NCBI GenBank assembly: GCA_049322615.1
Contig: JBMORX010000009.1
Span: forward strand, 57,120-121,119
Length of the DNA: 64,000 nt
Source: Patescibacteria group bacterium
Lineage (GTDB): Bacteria > Patescibacteriota > Microgenomatia > CAYGWK01
Reading direction: 5' to 3'
Under the pieces are notes generated by a model. It did not search any database and was not told the origin of the DNA. It saw nothing but the letters and a program-made list of their open reading frames with translations. The position numbers and the translations under genes were made by a program. Positions 9,812 to 18,421 of the stretch are shown here, in pieces. Each line of letters starts with the position of its first letter. Position 1 is the first letter of the stretch.

Positions 9812-10063
9812 TCAAATTTGCTCATTTCTTGAGTTATCCAGCTGAGTTCTGGGCACAAAATGGCTACATGATTTCTGGAGACTTGGTTTAGATGATACTG
9901 AACATATTCTACCTTCAACTAAAGAGGGAGGACCTTCAATGGCTCCAGGGGCGTCTATTTTAGCGATTAAAGACTTTGAAGGAGCACCTTTTGATATAAG
10001 GCAAAGACCCCACGACTCACTATGGCAACCAGGAACAATCTGACTTTCTACGTTTGTAGCCAT
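9812..10063 (-). CDS. Hypothetical Cys-containing protein
   Basis: 83-aa ORF with TATAAT just upstream of the ATG. Confidence 0.5.
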   Translation of the reverse strand: MATNVESQIVPGCHSESWGLCLISKGAPSKSLIAKIDAPGAIEGPPSLVEGRICSVSSKPSLQKSCSHFVPRTQLDNSRNEQI

Positions 10064-10174
10064 GTTGGCTCATATTATAGTGTTTCTCTTAAGAAATGTC
10101 AAATCAATCAATCAAAGAATTATTTTGACCTTGCTTGTTTTACACTAGGACTAACTCTATTATATAATTCAAGT

Positions 10175-12775
10175 ATGTCTTGGAAAAGGATTTGGAAAAG
10201 AAGAATTTCCCAACTTGGGGCTTATGCTTCACCTTCTCCTTACCGGCGGATTTCTGGGATCAGATTTATCTCAAATCTTTCCCTTTTAGGCTTTCTGGCA
10301 ATTGTTATCCTGACTTTTATCACCGCTTTTCTCTTTATTTGGTACGCCAAGGATTTACCAAGACCAGATAAGATTGTCCGCCGAGAAGGATTTTCCACCA
10401 AGATTTATGATCGCCAGGAGAATCTTCTATATGATGTTTTCAGTACCCAACGCCGGACGCCGGTTGAACTTTCCGAAGTTCCTTTATATCTGAGGGAGGC
10501 GACAATTGCCATTGAAGATAAAGATTTCTATAAACATCAAGGCTTTGATCCTAAAGGTTGGCTTAGGGCAGTCTACAACATCTTTATCCATCGCAAACTT
10601 CAAGGAGGTTCAACTTTAACTCAGCAATTGGTGAAAAATGTTTTACTTTCCTCTGAACGGACCCTGACCCGGAAAATTAAAGAATTTATTTTAGCAGTCC
10701 AGATTGAGAGAAAATATACTAAAGATCAAATTTTACAAATGTATTTAAATGAAGCCCCCTATGGTGGGACAGCCTGGGGGGTTGAGGCTGCCGCCGAGGT
10801 TTATTTTGGAAAGAAAGTTTCCCAACTAACGCTTGTTGAGTCAGCTATTTTAGCCGGTCTACCGCAGCGACCATCGCTTTATTCTCCCTTTGGTCAGGAT
10901 AAAGAAAGCTATAAATGGCGAACCGAGCAGGTTTTGCGCCGAATGAGAGAAGATGGATATATCTCCCGTGAACTTGAAATTGCTGCCAAAAAAGAGATCG
11001 CTAAAGTTGAGTTTGCCCCAAAAGGAACAAGTTTTAAGGCTCCCCATTTTGTCATGTATGTTAAAAAATTACTTGAAGAACGCTACGGCGAGAGGATGGT
11101 TGAACAGGGAGGACTTAAAGTGGTGACTACTTTGGACCTCGATCTTCAAGAAAAAGCCCAAGTTGCGGTATCAGAAGAGATTACTAAAGTGGAAAAACTC
11201 CATATAACAAATGGAGCAGCCTTGGTTTTAGACCCCAAAACCGGAGAGATTCTCGCCATGGTAGGCTCAAAAAACTATGATGATCCAAATTATGATGGCA
11301 AAGTTAATGTCACTTTATCTTTGCGTCAACCTGGTTCAGCCATAAAGCCAGTTACTTATGCGACTGCTTTTAAAAAAGGCTATACTCCTTCAGCCCTTCT
11401 TATGGATGTTAAGACTTCATTTCCTGGAGGAGATAAGCCGGAGTATATTCCGGAAAATTATGATGGTAAATTTCATGGTCAGCTTCAGGTTAGATATGCT
11501 CTTGGTAGTTCAATTAATGTCCCGGCAGTTAAAATGCTGGCTCGGGTTGGACTTCGAGATATGCTTGAGCAAGCCTATGATATGGGATTTACCACTCTTG
11601 AGCCTTCCCAGGAGAACCTTTCTCGTTTAGGTTTATCGGTAACGCTGGGAGGGGGAGAAGTCAGGCTTTTGGATATGGTCTCTGCATACTCTGCTTTTGC
11701 TAATGGAGGATTGAAGGTGATGCCAACGGCGATTTTGAAGGTAACAGATCATTCGGGTAAAGTTTTAGAAGAAGGCAAACCCATTCAAGGTCGAAAGGTC
11801 TTGACCCCAGAGCAGGCATATCTTATCTCAAACATTCTTTCCGATAATGAAGCAAGATTAATTACTTTTGGTTCAAGGTCTTCTCTTTATTTTGAGAATA
11901 GACAAGTAGCGGTTAAGACCGGAACCACTAATGATAAAAAGGATAACTGGACGGTAGGTTGGACCCCAAGTGTTATTGTTGGCGTCTGGGTTGGTAATAA
12001 TGATAATTCTCAAATGAAAGAGGTTGCCTCTGGAGTCTCGGGTGCCTCGCCAATTTGGCGAAGAATTTTATCTACTGCTTTAGAAGGAAAGCCGAAAGAA
12101 GATTTTCCAGTCCCCCAAGGGATCGTCAGTGCCGAGGTAGATAGTGTTTCTGGCTACCGAGCCCATGATGGTTTTCCTTCCCGAGTCGAATATTTTATCA
12201 AAGGCACCGAGCCAACAGGCGAGGATCCGGTGCATGTCAAACTTAAGGTTTGTAAAGCTTCGGGAAAGTTGGCAACTCCAGTTGATATTGCCCGAGGTGA
12301 TTATGAGGAAAAGGAATATTTCGTCTTTAAAGAGGATGATCCGACTGTTGCTCCTGGCGGGGAAAATAAGTGGCAAAAAGGAATTGATGAGTGGTTGGCG
12401 ACTCAATCTGATTCTCGCTACCACCCACCAACTGACTATTGCGAATCGCAAAATCAGATTGAGGTAAGAATAAAAGAGCCAGAAGACCACGCTCAAGTTG
12501 GTTCAAGTTTTAGAGTTAAAGTTGAGCCAGTTTCCTTAAACGAGATTGTTTTGGTTGAGATTTATGTCAACGGAGAAAATAAAGCAAGCATGACCAGTAT
12601 CCCTTATGAGCGCGATTTTACCCTGCCTGACGGAATTTACACCATTAAAGCTCGGGTTCGTGATAGCAAAGGAAACGAAGGCGAAAGAGAAATAAAAATT
12701 GGGGTCAATGTTCCCTGGGATTGGTCTCCTTCGCCCACGCCTACTCCAACCCTTTCCCCCACCCCAACTCCGTAA
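10175..12775 (+). CDS. Bifunctional class A penicillin-binding protein with C-terminal Ig-like domain
   Basis: EDKDFYKHQG, GGSTLTQQLVKN, PGSAIKP, KTGT; probable start ATG 10175 after TATAAT. Confidence 0.95.
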   Translation: MSWKRIWKRRISQLGAYASPSPYRRISGIRFISNLSLLGFLAIVILTFITAFLFIWYAKDLPRPDKIVRREGFSTKIYDRQENLLYDVFSTQRRTPVELSEVPLYLREATIAIEDKDFYKHQGFDPKGWLRAVYNIFIHRKLQGGSTLTQQLVKNVLLSSERTLTRKIKEFILAVQIERKYTKDQILQMYLNEAPYGGTAWGVEAAAEVYFGKKVSQLTLVESAILAGLPQRPSLYSPFGQDKESYKWRTEQVLRRMREDGYISRELEIAAKKEIAKVEFAPKGTSFKAPHFVMYVKKLLEERYGERMVEQGGLKVVTTLDLDLQEKAQVAVSEEITKVEKLHITNGAALVLDPKTGEILAMVGSKNYDDPNYDGKVNVTLSLRQPGSAIKPVTYATAFKKGYTPSALLMDVKTSFPGGDKPEYIPENYDGKFHGQLQVRYALGSSINVPAVKMLARVGLRDMLEQAYDMGFTTLEPSQENLSRLGLSVTLGGGEVRLLDMVSAYSAFANGGLKVMPTAILKVTDHSGKVLEEGKPIQGRKVLTPEQAYLISNILSDNEARLITFGSRSSLYFENRQVAVKTGTTNDKKDNWTVGWTPSVIVGVWVGNNDNSQMKEVASGVSGASPIWRRILSTALEGKPKEDFPVPQGIVSAEVDSVSGYRAHDGFPSRVEYFIKGTEPTGEDPVHVKLKVCKASGKLATPVDIARGDYEEKEYFVFKEDDPTVAPGGENKWQKGIDEWLATQSDSRYHPPTDYCESQNQIEVRIKEPEDHAQVGSSFRVKVEPVSLNEIVLVEIYVNGENKASMTSIPYERDFTLPDGIYTIKARVRDSKGNEGEREIKIGVNVPWDWSPSPTPTPTLSPTPTP

Positions 12776-12853
12776 TAGTTTGTATTAGTCTGATGTCTTG
12801 ATTTTTTGAGGGAAAATGGTACAATTTTTCGGCAAATATTTTATTTTAATAGA

Positions 12854-13219
12854 ATGAGTATAAGCAAAGAACGCCTCCCAAGGTTGCCAAAAGGATTGCG
12901 TGTCTACATCCGGCAGGTTAAAGCCGGGGCACGAAAAACAGGGGAAGACTGGGGAGACAAGGCTCTTCCAGAACTTTGTCTTTCGGATCTTTTAACACTT
13001 GTCCGACGAAGTGGTCAGGGAACTCAACGTTTCAAAGAGGCGATTGCAGCTGTTTTCACTGATACCGATAATTTGGATTCATTGATGAGGCTCCTTGAGG
13101 TTTCTCAAGAATTTGGTTTTCCGACCAGCTCAAACAATCATGCTCTTTTTGAAGCCACCCAGCGGGCGGTGATAAGGCAAATAGGTGAGCTTAGGAAGAA
13201 AAAGCCTCAAGAAGCCTAA
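12854..13219 (+). CDS. Hypothetical protein
   Basis: ORF; probable ATG start at 12854. Confidence 0.55.
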   Translation: MSISKERLPRLPKGLRVYIRQVKAGARKTGEDWGDKALPELCLSDLLTLVRRSGQGTQRFKEAIAAVFTDTDNLDSLMRLLEVSQEFGFPTSSNNHALFEATQRAVIRQIGELRKKKPQEA

Positions 13220-15330
13220 AGAGTTTTAAGAATAGCGCCAAATTTGCTTTTTACTGCGGAAATTATTTTTTCTCTTATTTTCTCTACCTCTTTATCGGTC
13301 AAAGTTTTCTTAGGGTGCTGATAGATAATTCTGAAAGTTCGAGTGTCTCCATGAATATCGATTAATTCAACACTTTGAATAATTGAACTAGACACTTTAA
13401 TTAATTGAAGTAGATCTCCAATTAAAGTCTTTGGTGGAACAACAAAAGCCAAATCCTCAACAATAGCAGGATATTTGGGAATGGGGGTAAAGGTTTTAGT
13501 TTTTTTGGCAAGTAAAATTAAAGCTTCAAAATCAAGGTCAAGAACAACCGTTTTGTTTAAAATTTCGAAATTTGCCAAAACCCGAGGGTTGACTTCACCA
13601 ATTGTTCCTAAGACATTATTGGTCGTTTCCATAACCGCTGCTTTTCCCTGGCTAAAATAGGGCTCTCTTCCTACCCAAGGCTTAAAATGGATATCCTCAA
13701 TTCCCAAATGCTCGAAAATAATCTCCGAGATGCCCTTTAAGTAGGAAAAGTCTTCCCCAGTTACCAAACAAGTAAGTCTGGTTTTTTCCAGAGGGAGATT
13801 TCCTTTTTGGGGAAGATAAACATTAGCCATCTCAAAAATTTTCACTTTGGGAAAATTGGCTTGGTTTTGGGCGACTGTTTTAAGCAGACTCTCAAGAAGG
13901 GAAATCCTTAAGTATTCAAGATCGCTGGTGAGCGGGTTTTTGAGTTTAAGATGGTCTTCGGTCTTTAGTCCAGTTTTTTGAATTGAGTCTTTTCCGATGA
14001 AGGAATAATTGTAAACTTCGGAGAAGCCTTTGCCAACAAGCACCTCTTTAATTTTATTCTCATATTCAAAGAACATCCCTATTTTTCCTTTTTGAGGTTG
14101 AGGTTGGGGTAAAAGACCGAACAAAGGATGAAGCGGAGGAATATTGCCGGGAAGTCTAAAGTAGCCATAGATTCTGGCGATTTCCTCAATTAAGTCTTCT
14201 TCGTGAGATATGTCTTGGGCGCGAAAGCTTGGAACGGAGAAAGTGAGAAGTGCCGTGCGTCGCCAGAGGCTACTCGCCGTTGCGTAGCCACGCTTTGGCG
14301 GAGCGCGGTGCCGGCGGCGCGAGAAATGAGAAGTGAGAAGTGAGAAGCCAAGAGATTCAAGGATACTGATGATTTTATTCTTTGGAATTTCGATGCCGAT
14401 GATTTTATTGACTAAATCAAGATCCAGTTTGATTTTTTTGCTTTTTTGGGGATTAGGATAAATATCTATTAATTTACTGGCGACCCTTCCTTGGCAGAGG
14501 TCTTCCATTAGCTTTACTCCTTGAGAAATGACAGGAATAATTCCTTCTAAATCAATCCCTCTTTCAAATCTCACCGCTGCCTCGGTCCGGTGAGCCAGAG
14601 CCATCGACGTCTGTCTGATTCTGACGGGATTATAAGCCTGAACGAAGAAAAGGACTCTTTTAGTGTTTTCGTCTATTTGGCTATTTTCCGCACCCATGAT
14701 ACCGCAAAGATCAATTAATCTTTCTTTTCCATCCTCGATAACGATATCTCCACCTGGAAGGGTCCGGGTAGCCCCATCGAGAGTGGTAATTTTTTCTCCT
14801 GGTCGTGACAGCCTCATAATCATTTTTGCCCCAAGAATTTTGTCGTAATCAAAAGTATGGATTGGTTGTCCGGTTTCGATCATTAAATAATTGGAAATAT
14901 CAACCACATTGGAAAGTGGTCTGATGCCAACTTTTTCTAATCTCTCAGCCATCCATTTTGGAGAAGGGGCAACCTTTACCTGGTCGATAACGACAGCAGA
15001 AAACCGAGGACAGAGAGTCTCATCTTTGATTTCTACGGAAAGATTAAATTTTGGATTTTTCATCTCTAGAGGAAGAATCTTGGGTGATGCAAATTCCGCT
15101 TTTATACCGTATCCTGAAAGAGCCGCCGCCGCTTCCCGGGCGATGCCGCGAACCGATAAACAATCATAGCGATTGACAGTTATCTCGATTTCCAAAATCT
15201 GGTCATCTTTTTCCGAATGGATTTTTTCCACTGATTGGCTACAAAGAGAAAGAACTTCAGCCACCTTCTCTGGGCTTGCTTCAGTTTTAAGAAAGTCTTT
15301 CAACCAAGAAAAAGGAATAAGAATATTCAT
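13216..15330 (-). CDS. pheT: Phenylalanyl-tRNA synthetase beta subunit (with in-frame hairpin insertion)
   Basis: NRYDCLS, B3/B4, DLIEEIARIYGY, FDX-ACB; follows pheS. Confidence 0.96.
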   Translation of the reverse strand: MNILIPFSWLKDFLKTEASPEKVAEVLSLCSQSVEKIHSEKDDQILEIEITVNRYDCLSVRGIAREAAAALSGYGIKAEFASPKILPLEMKNPKFNLSVEIKDETLCPRFSAVVIDQVKVAPSPKWMAERLEKVGIRPLSNVVDISNYLMIETGQPIHTFDYDKILGAKMIMRLSRPGEKITTLDGATRTLPGGDIVIEDGKERLIDLCGIMGAENSQIDENTKRVLFFVQAYNPVRIRQTSMALAHRTEAAVRFERGIDLEGIIPVISQGVKLMEDLCQGRVASKLIDIYPNPQKSKKIKLDLDLVNKIIGIEIPKNKIISILESLGFSLLTSHFSRRRHRAPPKRGYATASSLWRRTALLTFSVPSFRAQDISHEEDLIEEIARIYGYFRLPGNIPPLHPLFGLLPQPQPQKGKIGMFFEYENKIKEVLVGKGFSEVYNYSFIGKDSIQKTGLKTEDHLKLKNPLTSDLEYLRISLLESLLKTVAQNQANFPKVKIFEMANVYLPQKGNLPLEKTRLTCLVTGEDFSYLKGISEIIFEHLGIEDIHFKPWVGREPYFSQGKAAVMETTNNVLGTIGEVNPRVLANFEILNKTVVLDLDFEALILLAKKTKTFTPIPKYPAIVEDLAFVVPPKTLIGDLLQLIKVSSSIIQSVELIDIHGDTRTFRIIYQHPKKTLTDKEVEKIREKIISAVKSKFGAILKTL
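14247..14325. mobile_element. 79-bp GC-rich hairpin element, copy 1 (inside pheT)
   Basis: Identical to 56224..56302 in uvrB; flanked by GTGAGAA heptamers. Confidence 0.88.
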
Positions 15331-15331
15331 T

Positions 15332-16366
15332 TTAAAATTGGTTAATAAATCTTAAATCAGGTTCATACAGGGGTCTTATGTCCGAAAGATTAAGTCCTGA
15401 TTTCATGAAATATGTTCTTTCCACCCCCCAGCCAAAGGCAAACCCAGAGTATTTTTTAGGATCGATACCGCCGTTTTTGAGAACTTCGGGATGAACCATA
15501 CCCGAACCCCCTAGCTCATGCCAACCACTTTTGCAAACTTTGCAGCCTCTTCCCAAGCAAAGAGGACAGTTGATATCTACCTCAAACGATGGCTCGGTAA
15601 ATTGAAAATGGAAGGGTCTAAGTCTTATTTTCCTTTTAGGACCGAAGAAATTTATGGCGAAGTAGTCAAAGACCCCTTTTAAATGAGTAATATTAATTCC
15701 CTCATCGATGACTAACCCTTCAAACTGATGAAAGGTTGGGGTATGGGTAGCATCCCAATTAGGACGACCACAGCGACCAATATTAATCATTCTTATCGGA
15801 GGTTTAACTCTTTGCATCTCTCTAAGTTGTCCCGAAGAAGTATGGGGAGTAATCACCATTTGTCCGTATTTGGGACTGGCTTTTTCTTCAATGAAAAAAC
15901 TTTCATAGTCGTCTCTAGCGGGATGGGTTTTGGGCATATTGAGACCATCGAAAGCGTACCATTCCCATTCAACCTCTGGATAACTGACTCGAACAAAACC
16001 GATTTTCTCCAAAACAGCGGAAATTTCTCTGATGGCTTGGGTGAGAAGGTGAAGGTGTCCTTGATCTAGTTTTTCTCCTGGTGCGGTGACGTCAAGCCAT
16101 TCCCTTTCAAACTCTCCCATTTTTTCTTGGAGTTTACCCTGAGCTTGCCGAAGGGTTTCTTCGATCGCTTTTTTGGCATCATTGGCCAGCCTGCCAACGT
16201 CAACCCTTTTTTCTAAGGGAATTCTGGGAATTTCTTTAATTATTAAAGTGAGTTTTCCTTTTCTGCCGAGATAAGCCTGACGAAGTCTTTCTAATTCTTC
16301 TTGATTTTTAGCGGAAACTATTTGAGCCAAGGCTTCATTTTTAAGATTTAAAATCTTTTCTTCCAT
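15332..16366 (-). CDS. pheS: Phenylalanyl-tRNA synthetase alpha subunit
   Basis: HPARD, FHQFEG, FQFTEPS, GFAFGWGVER. Confidence 0.97.
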   Translation of the reverse strand: MEEKILNLKNEALAQIVSAKNQEELERLRQAYLGRKGKLTLIIKEIPRIPLEKRVDVGRLANDAKKAIEETLRQAQGKLQEKMGEFEREWLDVTAPGEKLDQGHLHLLTQAIREISAVLEKIGFVRVSYPEVEWEWYAFDGLNMPKTHPARDDYESFFIEEKASPKYGQMVITPHTSSGQLREMQRVKPPIRMINIGRCGRPNWDATHTPTFHQFEGLVIDEGINITHLKGVFDYFAINFFGPKRKIRLRPFHFQFTEPSFEVDINCPLCLGRGCKVCKSGWHELGGSGMVHPEVLKNGGIDPKKYSGFAFGWGVERTYFMKSGLNLSDIRPLYEPDLRFINQF

Positions 16367-16382
16367 AAGGCTATTATATACT

Positions 16383-16412
16383 AAAAACCTCCCTTTTAGG
16401 GAGATTCTTTTT
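16383..16412 (-). terminator. Attenuator terminator upstream of pheS
   Basis: Minus strand ATCTCCC-TAAAA-GGGAGGT followed by a T run. Confidence 0.75.
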
Positions 16413-16458
16413 GCGTTTTTGCGGTCCTAAAAATGCCAAAACCAACCTCCCCTTGGGC

Positions 16459-16512
16459 TTAAAGTGTCCTAAAGAAAAATGACACTTTGTCGGGGTTGGT
16501 TGGTCTTCGCAT
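16459..16512 (-). CDS. Phe-rich leader peptide of pheST (MRRPTNPDKVSFFFRTL)
   Basis: Three tandem Phe codons; own promoter TTGACA(16543-48)/TATAAT(16521-26); alternative pairings and terminator downstream. Confidence 0.8.
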   Translation of the reverse strand: MRRPTNPDKVSFFFRTL

Positions 16513-16565
16513 TGGAAATTATTATAGCAGACTATTTGAGCCTGTCAAGAGGCAATTTACTCGGC

Positions 16566-16613
16566 GAATCCAGGATAGTCCTGGAATCCTACTTGACACA
16601 GGATAATCCTGGG
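16566..16613. repeat. REP family A palindromes (CCAGGATAGTCCTGG) upstream of RAYT
   Basis: gaatccaggatagtcctggaatcc and caggataatcctgg. Confidence 0.85.
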
Positions 16614-16629
16614 TTTTAGAGTAGAGTTA

Positions 16630-17286
16630 GTGGTGCAGTATTATCATCTTTATAACCGCGGTGTAGACAAACGGGTTATTTTTCTTGACGATACTGATAG
16701 ACAGCGATTTCTTGATGCTGTTAGGTTAGCAAGACTTTCGAATTCGCCCAGGCTTTCTTGGTTAAAAAGACAAATTAAAATTGGTAACATTTCTCCAACA
16801 CACCTTGAAAAATTGGAAGAAAAATATGGACCACCTCTTTTAGATATCGTTACCTACTCTCTAATGCCTAATCACTTCCACTTTCAAGTTAAGGAACTGA
16901 TAGAAGATGGAGTGAGTCAGTTTTTTCGAAAACTGGGAACAAGCTATGTAATGTATTTTAATATTAAACACGAAAGAACAGGACGATTGTTTGAATCCCA
17001 ATATAGGTCTGTGTTAATAGGAACTGACGAGCAATTAATTCACCTTTCTCGTTATATCCATACCAATCCTTACAATTCTTCCAAGAGAGACATTTCTCTT
17101 GAACAACTAAAAACTTATTCTTGGACGAGTCTCCCTGATTATCTAGGTACTCGTAAGCAGCCATTTTGTGACCCTACGGAAGTTATGTCATTTTTTAACT
17201 CACCTGAAGATTATTGGGAATTTTTAAAGGGAAATATTGATAAAGAAGAAGTTTTGCCCCCCGAGCTACTACTCGATCCAGGATAG
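16630..17286 (+). mobile_element. REP-associated tyrosine transposase (RAYT, Y1/IS200-like HUH) 1
   Basis: YHLYNRG, LMPNHFH (HUH), YIHTNP, YSWTS; flanked by REPs. Confidence 0.92.
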
Positions 17287-17323
17287 CCCTGGATTCGTGC
17301 CTAGTCCAGGATAGTCCTGGATT
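17275..17323. repeat. REP family A doublet overlapping the RAYT and rplT stop codons
   Basis: ccaggatagccctggattcgtgcctagtccaggatagtcctgg. Confidence 0.88.
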
Positions 17324-17654
17324 TTTGGGTGATGGCTTTGAAGGTCTCTGGATCGGAGATTGCCAAGTCGGCGAGGATCTTACGGTCAAGGTCAATTTTT
17401 GCTTTTTTGAGACCCGAAATAAAACGACTATAAGAAATTCCTGATTCCGAAAGTCTGGCGGAAATTCTTGTTATCCAAAGTCTTCGGAAATCTCTTTTCC
17501 TTAATTTTCTGCCAGCAAAAGCATATTCACCCGCATGAAGGACCGCCTCTGAAGCCGGCTTTAAGAGTCTATGCCGAGTCATTCTATAGCCACGAGCTCG
17601 ATGTAAAATCTCTCTGTGTTTTCGGTGGCGGTATGGTCCAGTTTTAACGCGCAT
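17301..17654 (-). CDS. rplT: 50S ribosomal protein L20
   Basis: MRVKTG, RKRDFRRLWITRI, LDRKILADLA. Confidence 0.97.
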   Translation of the reverse strand: MRVKTGPYRHRKHREILHRARGYRMTRHRLLKPASEAVLHAGEYAFAGRKLRKRDFRRLWITRISARLSESGISYSRFISGLKKAKIDLDRKILADLAISDPETFKAITQKSRTILD

Positions 17655-17655
17655 A

Positions 17656-17856
17656 TTACCTCCCGAGTAATTTCTTTATTTTCTTGGCAGTCTTTCCTTT
17701 AAAAATCTTTGTTCTTTTTAGTCTTCTTAGTCTTGATTTTTTCTTTTTTGAGCGAAGATGGCGGGCAAAAGAGGAGCCACGTAAAACCTTGCCGGTTTTG
17801 GTGACCTTAAACCGGCGACTTATCGACTTTCTTATTTTCATTTTTTTCTTTGGCAT
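17656..17856 (-). CDS. rpmI: 50S ribosomal protein L35
   Basis: RRFKVTKTGKV; position between infC and rplT. Confidence 0.95.
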   Translation of the reverse strand: MPKKKMKIRKSISRRFKVTKTGKVLRGSSFARHLRSKKKKSRLRRLKRTKIFKGKTAKKIKKLLGR

Positions 17857-18397
17857 TTTTTCCTCCCTGCCTGTCGGCAGGCAGACCTTTAACTGGAGAA
17901 AAAGTCAAAACCAAATCTTTCCCAAGCCATTTTGGTTCTCCCTCGGTTTGGCAAAACCTGGAGAGTGCCTCTGTAAATTTCTTTATTAGATTATATCCGA
18001 ATTCTTTTTTCCCAAGCTGTCTCCTTGTGAATCTGACGACAACCCGAACCTTATTCCCCTCTTTCAAAAATTCTTCGGCTCTTCTTACCCTAAAGTCAAA
18101 GTCTCCCTGGGCGATAAAGGGAGTAAGCCTAATTCCTTTTATTTCTCCTCCCTTAATTCCTCTTTTTGCTTTTCTTTCTTTCTTTTCCTCAAGGTAGCGG
18201 AATTTCTTAAAATCTATTATTTTGGCAACCGGAGGCTGAGCCGTCGGAGCAATCTCAACCAGATCAACCTGTTTCTCTTTTGCTTTCTCCAGCGCTTCCG
18301 AAAGAGTTAAAATTCCAACTTGCTTTCCATTCTCATCAATTACTCTTAATTTCGGAGCCCTGATGTACTGATTAATTCTATAAAACTTTCCCGCCAC
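17807..18397 (-). CDS. infC: Translation initiation factor IF-3
   Basis: INQYIRAP, DLVEIAP, PPVAKIIDF. Confidence 0.96.
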   Translation of the reverse strand: MAGKFYRINQYIRAPKLRVIDENGKQVGILTLSEALEKAKEKQVDLVEIAPTAQPPVAKIIDFKKFRYLEEKKERKAKRGIKGGEIKGIRLTPFIAQGDFDFRVRRAEEFLKEGNKVRVVVRFTRRQLGKKEFGYNLIKKFTEALSRFCQTEGEPKWLGKDLVLTFSPVKGLPADRQGGKNAKEKNENKKVDKSPV

Positions 18398-18421
18398 CTT
18401 GTTTTTTAAATAATATCAGAG

